Source: an uncultured Alphaproteobacteria bacterium (lineage in GTDB: Bacteria > Pseudomonadota > Alphaproteobacteria > Rs-D84 > CACZYB01). From it: a DNA stretch of 32,000 nt. Below the pieces are notes generated by a model. It did not search any database and was not told the DNA's origin. It worked only from the letters and a program-made list of their open reading frames with translations. The DNA lies in contig CAKQHZ010000003.1 in assembly GCA_934246625.1 (NCBI GenBank), positions 30,001-62,000 of the forward strand, in the 5' to 3' direction. Made by a program: the position numbers and the translations under genes. Of the stretch, positions 28,972-32,000 are shown in pieces. How positions within the stretch are numbered: the stretch's first letter is position 1; the number at the start of each line of letters is the position of its first letter.

Positions 28972-29697
28972 TTAATCATTTATAAATAAGATTTCAACTG
29001 AATTTGTTTTATCCTTGTTATGAGTTTCATCTTCCAAAACCATAATCATAGTTTGTGAAGTTGGAATACCCTTATCAAGGAATATTTTTCTTGTATTAAG
29101 CAATCTTGAAAATGCAATATTTCTATCTGTATTATTTGTATAATAAGACATTATTTTCAATGTTGAGTTTTGATTGTCTTTTGCTTTTTGAATCAAGGAA
29201 GAAACTTTTTTCACATCTGATTTTGAAACATCTTCTTGATTTGGTTTAAATTTTACAACAACATCAGGTGTCTTTTTCACAGGTTGTTTTACAACTTCAA
29301 CCTTATCTTCTGGTTTCAAAGGAGAAACAAAATCTTCTTCCTTTACTGAATTTGCCAATTTTTCAGCTGCCCTTAAAAGTTCTTTTGCTTCATCAATATT
29401 TTTATCTGTTCTTACATCGTCATCATTTTTTTTAATCTCAGGCATAACATTATCATCTGAAATTTCAAGGTTATTGATTTCTTTAACTTCTGTTGTAGGT
29501 AAAACATCAATTACATAAATAGGCTTTGATGCAACAGATTTCAAAGTCAAAGTATCCTTAGGAGTGTCTGCCTTAAATTGTAAATTTTGTTTAACTGGAT
29601 TTTTAAGTTTTACAGGTTCAAAAAATTTTAAATCACTTGCAAAAATATCATTTGCAAAACCTAATGTAAGAGTGAAAAATAATACAAACTTTTTCAT
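28972..29697 (-). CDS. secreted hypothetical protein, possibly with a degenerate OmpA-C-like tail
   Basis: Signal-peptide-like MKKFVLFFTLTLGFANDIFA with an AGGAGG RBS, and a K/E/D/V-rich middle region. The C-terminal NNTDRNIAFSRLLNTRKIFLDKGI loosely matches the TD...N..LS..RA..V...L...G pattern of OmpA-like domains. That part is a weak by-eye match. Confidence 0.55.
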   Translation of the reverse strand: MKKFVLFFTLTLGFANDIFASDLKFFEPVKLKNPVKQNLQFKADTPKDTLTLKSVASKPIYVIDVLPTTEVKEINNLEISDDNVMPEIKKNDDDVRTDKNIDEAKELLRAAEKLANSVKEEDFVSPLKPEDKVEVVKQPVKKTPDVVVKFKPNQEDVSKSDVKKVSSLIQKAKDNQNSTLKIMSYYTNNTDRNIAFSRLLNTRKIFLDKGIPTSQTMIMVLEDETHNKDKTNSVEILFIND

Positions 29698-29723
29698 ATA
29701 ATCCTCCTATATATTCCTAAATC

Positions 29724-30503
29724 TTACTTTATTATAATACTTGTTAATTCAGATTGTAAATAACTATTTCCACAAATAACCAAATCTGCTTCAAAAACTC
29801 TATCTGTGATTTTACCTTCTTTGTCATAAGCACGAATAATTGCACCTGCTTCCTTTGCAATCAATACACCAGCAGAAATATCAAATACATTCTTGCCCTT
29901 TCCAATATAGGCATCAATTATACCTGCTGACAAATAACCTAAATTTAAGGCATCAGTATTCAAATTTTGTAGGGATACATTAGTCTTTAACTTAATATCT
30001 TCTGGATTATTACCAGAATAAATAATAAGAGATTTTTTATAATCCTTTCTTGGTGATACACGAATTCTTCTTGTCATTCTTGTTTCACTAAGGAAAGCAC
30101 CACCACCATTTTCTGCATAAAACATTTTATCAAGCACAGGATTATAAATCACCCCGGCAATAAGTTTCTTTTGTTCTTGAAGGGCTATTGATATAGAAAA
30201 GAAAGGAAAACCATGAACATAGTTTTCAAATCCATCAATAACATTGATAATAAATCTATGAGAAATATCACTACCTTTTATTTCAGAAGATGGAGTTAAA
30301 ATTCCGTATTTAGGTCTTGCTTCTAAAAGGTTATCAATCAAAGTTTTTTCAATTTTTACCTTTGAAGCATTTGCAAAATTTTCACTACCATTGATAGAAG
30401 ATTGAAGTTGCTCAATTTCACCAAAATCTCTTAACATAAACCTTGCGATTTTTTGACACACATTTGTCATTATATGTAAGTTTGCAGATAAATTTGTTTC
30501 CAT
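29724..30503 (-). CDS. inositol monophosphatase (SuhB/IMPase) family protein with divergent active-site motifs
   Basis: 259 aa with the overall IMPase layout. Motif 1 reads FIINVIDGFENYVHG where WVIDPLDGTTNF is expected. Motif 2 reads FDISAGVLIAKEAGA where WDxAAG...EAGG is expected. Confidence 0.75.
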   Translation of the reverse strand: METNLSANLHIMTNVCQKIARFMLRDFGEIEQLQSSINGSENFANASKVKIEKTLIDNLLEARPKYGILTPSSEIKGSDISHRFIINVIDGFENYVHGFPFFSISIALQEQKKLIAGVIYNPVLDKMFYAENGGGAFLSETRMTRRIRVSPRKDYKKSLIIYSGNNPEDIKLKTNVSLQNLNTDALNLGYLSAGIIDAYIGKGKNVFDISAGVLIAKEAGAIIRAYDKEGKITDRVFEADLVICGNSYLQSELTSIIIK

Positions 30504-30567
30504 TTTACAACTCCTATTTACGATTTTATTTAATATATAAAATTAGATTATAAAAAAATTTTTATTT

Positions 30568-30573
30568 TTGCAA
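30568..30573. promoter_or_regulatory. palindromic TTGCAA hexamer, possibly a shared -35 for divergent promoters
   Basis: TTGCAA is self-complementary. On the plus strand GATAAT follows after 18 nt (toward gpmI). On the minus strand TATAAT follows after 15 nt (toward the SuhB-like gene). The spacings are not ideal, so this is tentative. Confidence 0.3.
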
Positions 30574-30681
30574 GCAAATTTTCAAAGAAAAGATAATATT
30601 CTTTTTACAAAGTTGTAATTGATTTTCACTTTCAAAAGTTTTAAGATAATAAAATATTAAATAAAAAAATAGGAGATAATT

Positions 30682-32000
30682 ATGGAAAAAATAAAACCTG
30701 TAGTTTTATGTATTCTTGATGGTTGGGGTTATAACCCAAGCAAGGTTGGTAATGCTATTGAACTTGCACAAACACCAAATTGGCACAGAATGTTAAAGGA
30801 ATATCCTCATAATCTTATTGAGGCAAGTGGTGAAGCCGTAGGACTTCCAGAAGGTCAAATGGGTAATTCCGAAGTTGGCCATACAAACATTGGTGCTGGT
30901 CGTGTTGTAATGCAACTTCTTGGTATGATTGAACAATCAATCAAAAATGACACATTAAAGGACAACGAATATCTAAAGGAATTTGTTGAAACTGTAAAAT
31001 CAAATGGTGGAGCATGCCATCTTTTGGGACTTCTTTCAGATGGTGGTGTTCACGCACATATAAAACATATTATTGCTCTTGCAAAGGCTATTGAAACATC
31101 AGGTATCAAAATTTATTTCCATGCAATTACAGATGGTCGTGATACACCTCCATCATCAGCAGTTCAATATATGGAAGAATTTTTAAATGCAACAAAGGAG
31201 CTTTCAAATTTAACAGTTGCAACTGTTTCTGGACGTTATTATGCAATGGACCGAAACAAAACATGGGACAGAACTAAACTTGCCTATGATGCAATGGTTG
31301 AAGGTAAAACAATCAATAAATTCACAAATCCTATTGATGCAATAAAGGAATCTTATGCAAATGGTAAAACCGACGAATTTATTGTTCCAACTGCACTTGA
31401 AGGATACAATGGTATGACAGACGGAGACGGAGTTTTAATTGCAAACTTCCGAGCTGACCGTGTTCGTCAAATTGCTGATGCCTTGGCAAATCCAGAATTT
31501 AATCAATTCGAACGAGACAAAGTTGTAAAATTCTCTGCACTCCTTGGTATGGCAGAATATTCAGTAGAACTCGACAAATTCTATAAAACACTATTCCCAG
31601 CCCAAGCATTAAAGAACATTTTTGGTGAAGTAATTGCAAAAGAAGGTCTTTGTCAACTTCGCATTGCGGAAACTGAAAAATATGCACACGTAACATTCTT
31701 CTTTAATGGTGGCGAAGAAAAAACATTTAATTGTGAAGAAAGAATTTTAATTCCATCACCTGCTGTTGCAACTTATGATTTAAAACCTGAAATGTCAGCT
31801 TATGAAATCACAGAAAATCTTGAAAAAGTAATTGCAGAAGACAAGTTTGATGTAATAATTGTAAACTATGCAAACGGAGATATGGTTGGACATACTGGTA
31901 TCGAAGAAGCTGCACAAAAGGCTGCTGTTGCAATCGATAATTGTATTGCACGTCTTGAAAAGGCTGTTCTTGCAAAACATGGGGTTCTTCTTATTACTGC
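30682..32000 (+). CDS. gpmI: 2,3-bisphosphoglycerate-independent phosphoglycerate mutase, N-terminal ~439 aa (runs off window end)
   Basis: My own translation from the ATG at 30682 (AGGAG RBS at 30671-30675): MEKIKPVVLCILDGWGYNPSKVGNAIELAQTPNWHRML...GLPEGQMGNSEVGHTNIGAGRVV, the canonical GpmI N-terminus. Absent from the ORF track because there is no stop in the window. Confidence 0.95.
   Translation, partial: MEKIKPVVLCILDGWGYNPSKVGNAIELAQTPNWHRMLKEYPHNLIEASGEAVGLPEGQMGNSEVGHTNIGAGRVVMQLLGMIEQSIKNDTLKDNEYLKEFVETVKSNGGACHLLGLLSDGGVHAHIKHIIALAKAIETSGIKIYFHAITDGRDTPPSSAVQYMEEFLNATKELSNLTVATVSGRYYAMDRNKTWDRTKLAYDAMVEGKTINKFTNPIDAIKESYANGKTDEFIVPTALEGYNGMTDGDGVLIANFRADRVRQIADALANPEFNQFERDKVVKFSALLGMAEYSVELDKFYKTLFPAQALKNIFGEVIAKEGLCQLRIAETEKYAHVTFFFNGGEEKTFNCEERILIPSPAVATYDLKPEMSAYEITENLEKVIAEDKFDVIIVNYANGDMVGHTGIEEAAQKAAVAIDNCIARLEKAVLAKHGVLLIT

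Overview
AT-rich (about one-third G+C by eye), densely coding chromosomal window from a Gram-negative bacterium. The GroEL, TolA C-terminus, RppH, MtaB and bactofilin/M23 sequences look alphaproteobacterial, but this is judged by eye only. Most of it is housekeeping. On the minus strand: rpiB, bactofilin, M23 peptidase, tolA, tolR, tolQ, dnaE, secA. On the plus strand: tadA, two lipoproteins, eno, ssb, rppH, groES, groEL. A mixed-strand block follows: rpoZ, mtaB, a TrmN6-like methyltransferase, lgt fused to pgeF, lptC-like, kdsD, a SuhB-like gene and gpmI (partial). I saw no rRNA, tRNA, CRISPR array, transposase, integrase or recognisable defence system. The most unusual locus is a two-gene operon (4941-7707, minus strand) with its own promoter and terminator, lying between dnaE and tolQ. 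It encodes two paralogous signal-peptide proteins I cannot assign to a family. Each has a tandem 33-bp / 11-aa Arg-rich repeat tract (RRAATTGRGNT) and a shared Cys-containing middle domain, with divergent C-termini: an EGF-like module region with 24 Cys in one, a helical tail in the other. Secondary points: tolQRA joined directly to an LmdC-like M23 peptidase and a bactofilin, an in-frame Lgt-PgeF fusion, a SuhB/IMPase homologue with altered metal-binding motifs, a promoter-plus-terminator unit in the rppH-groES spacer, and several small orphan genes. All calls rest on reading the sequence and recalling family motifs. No searches were run.
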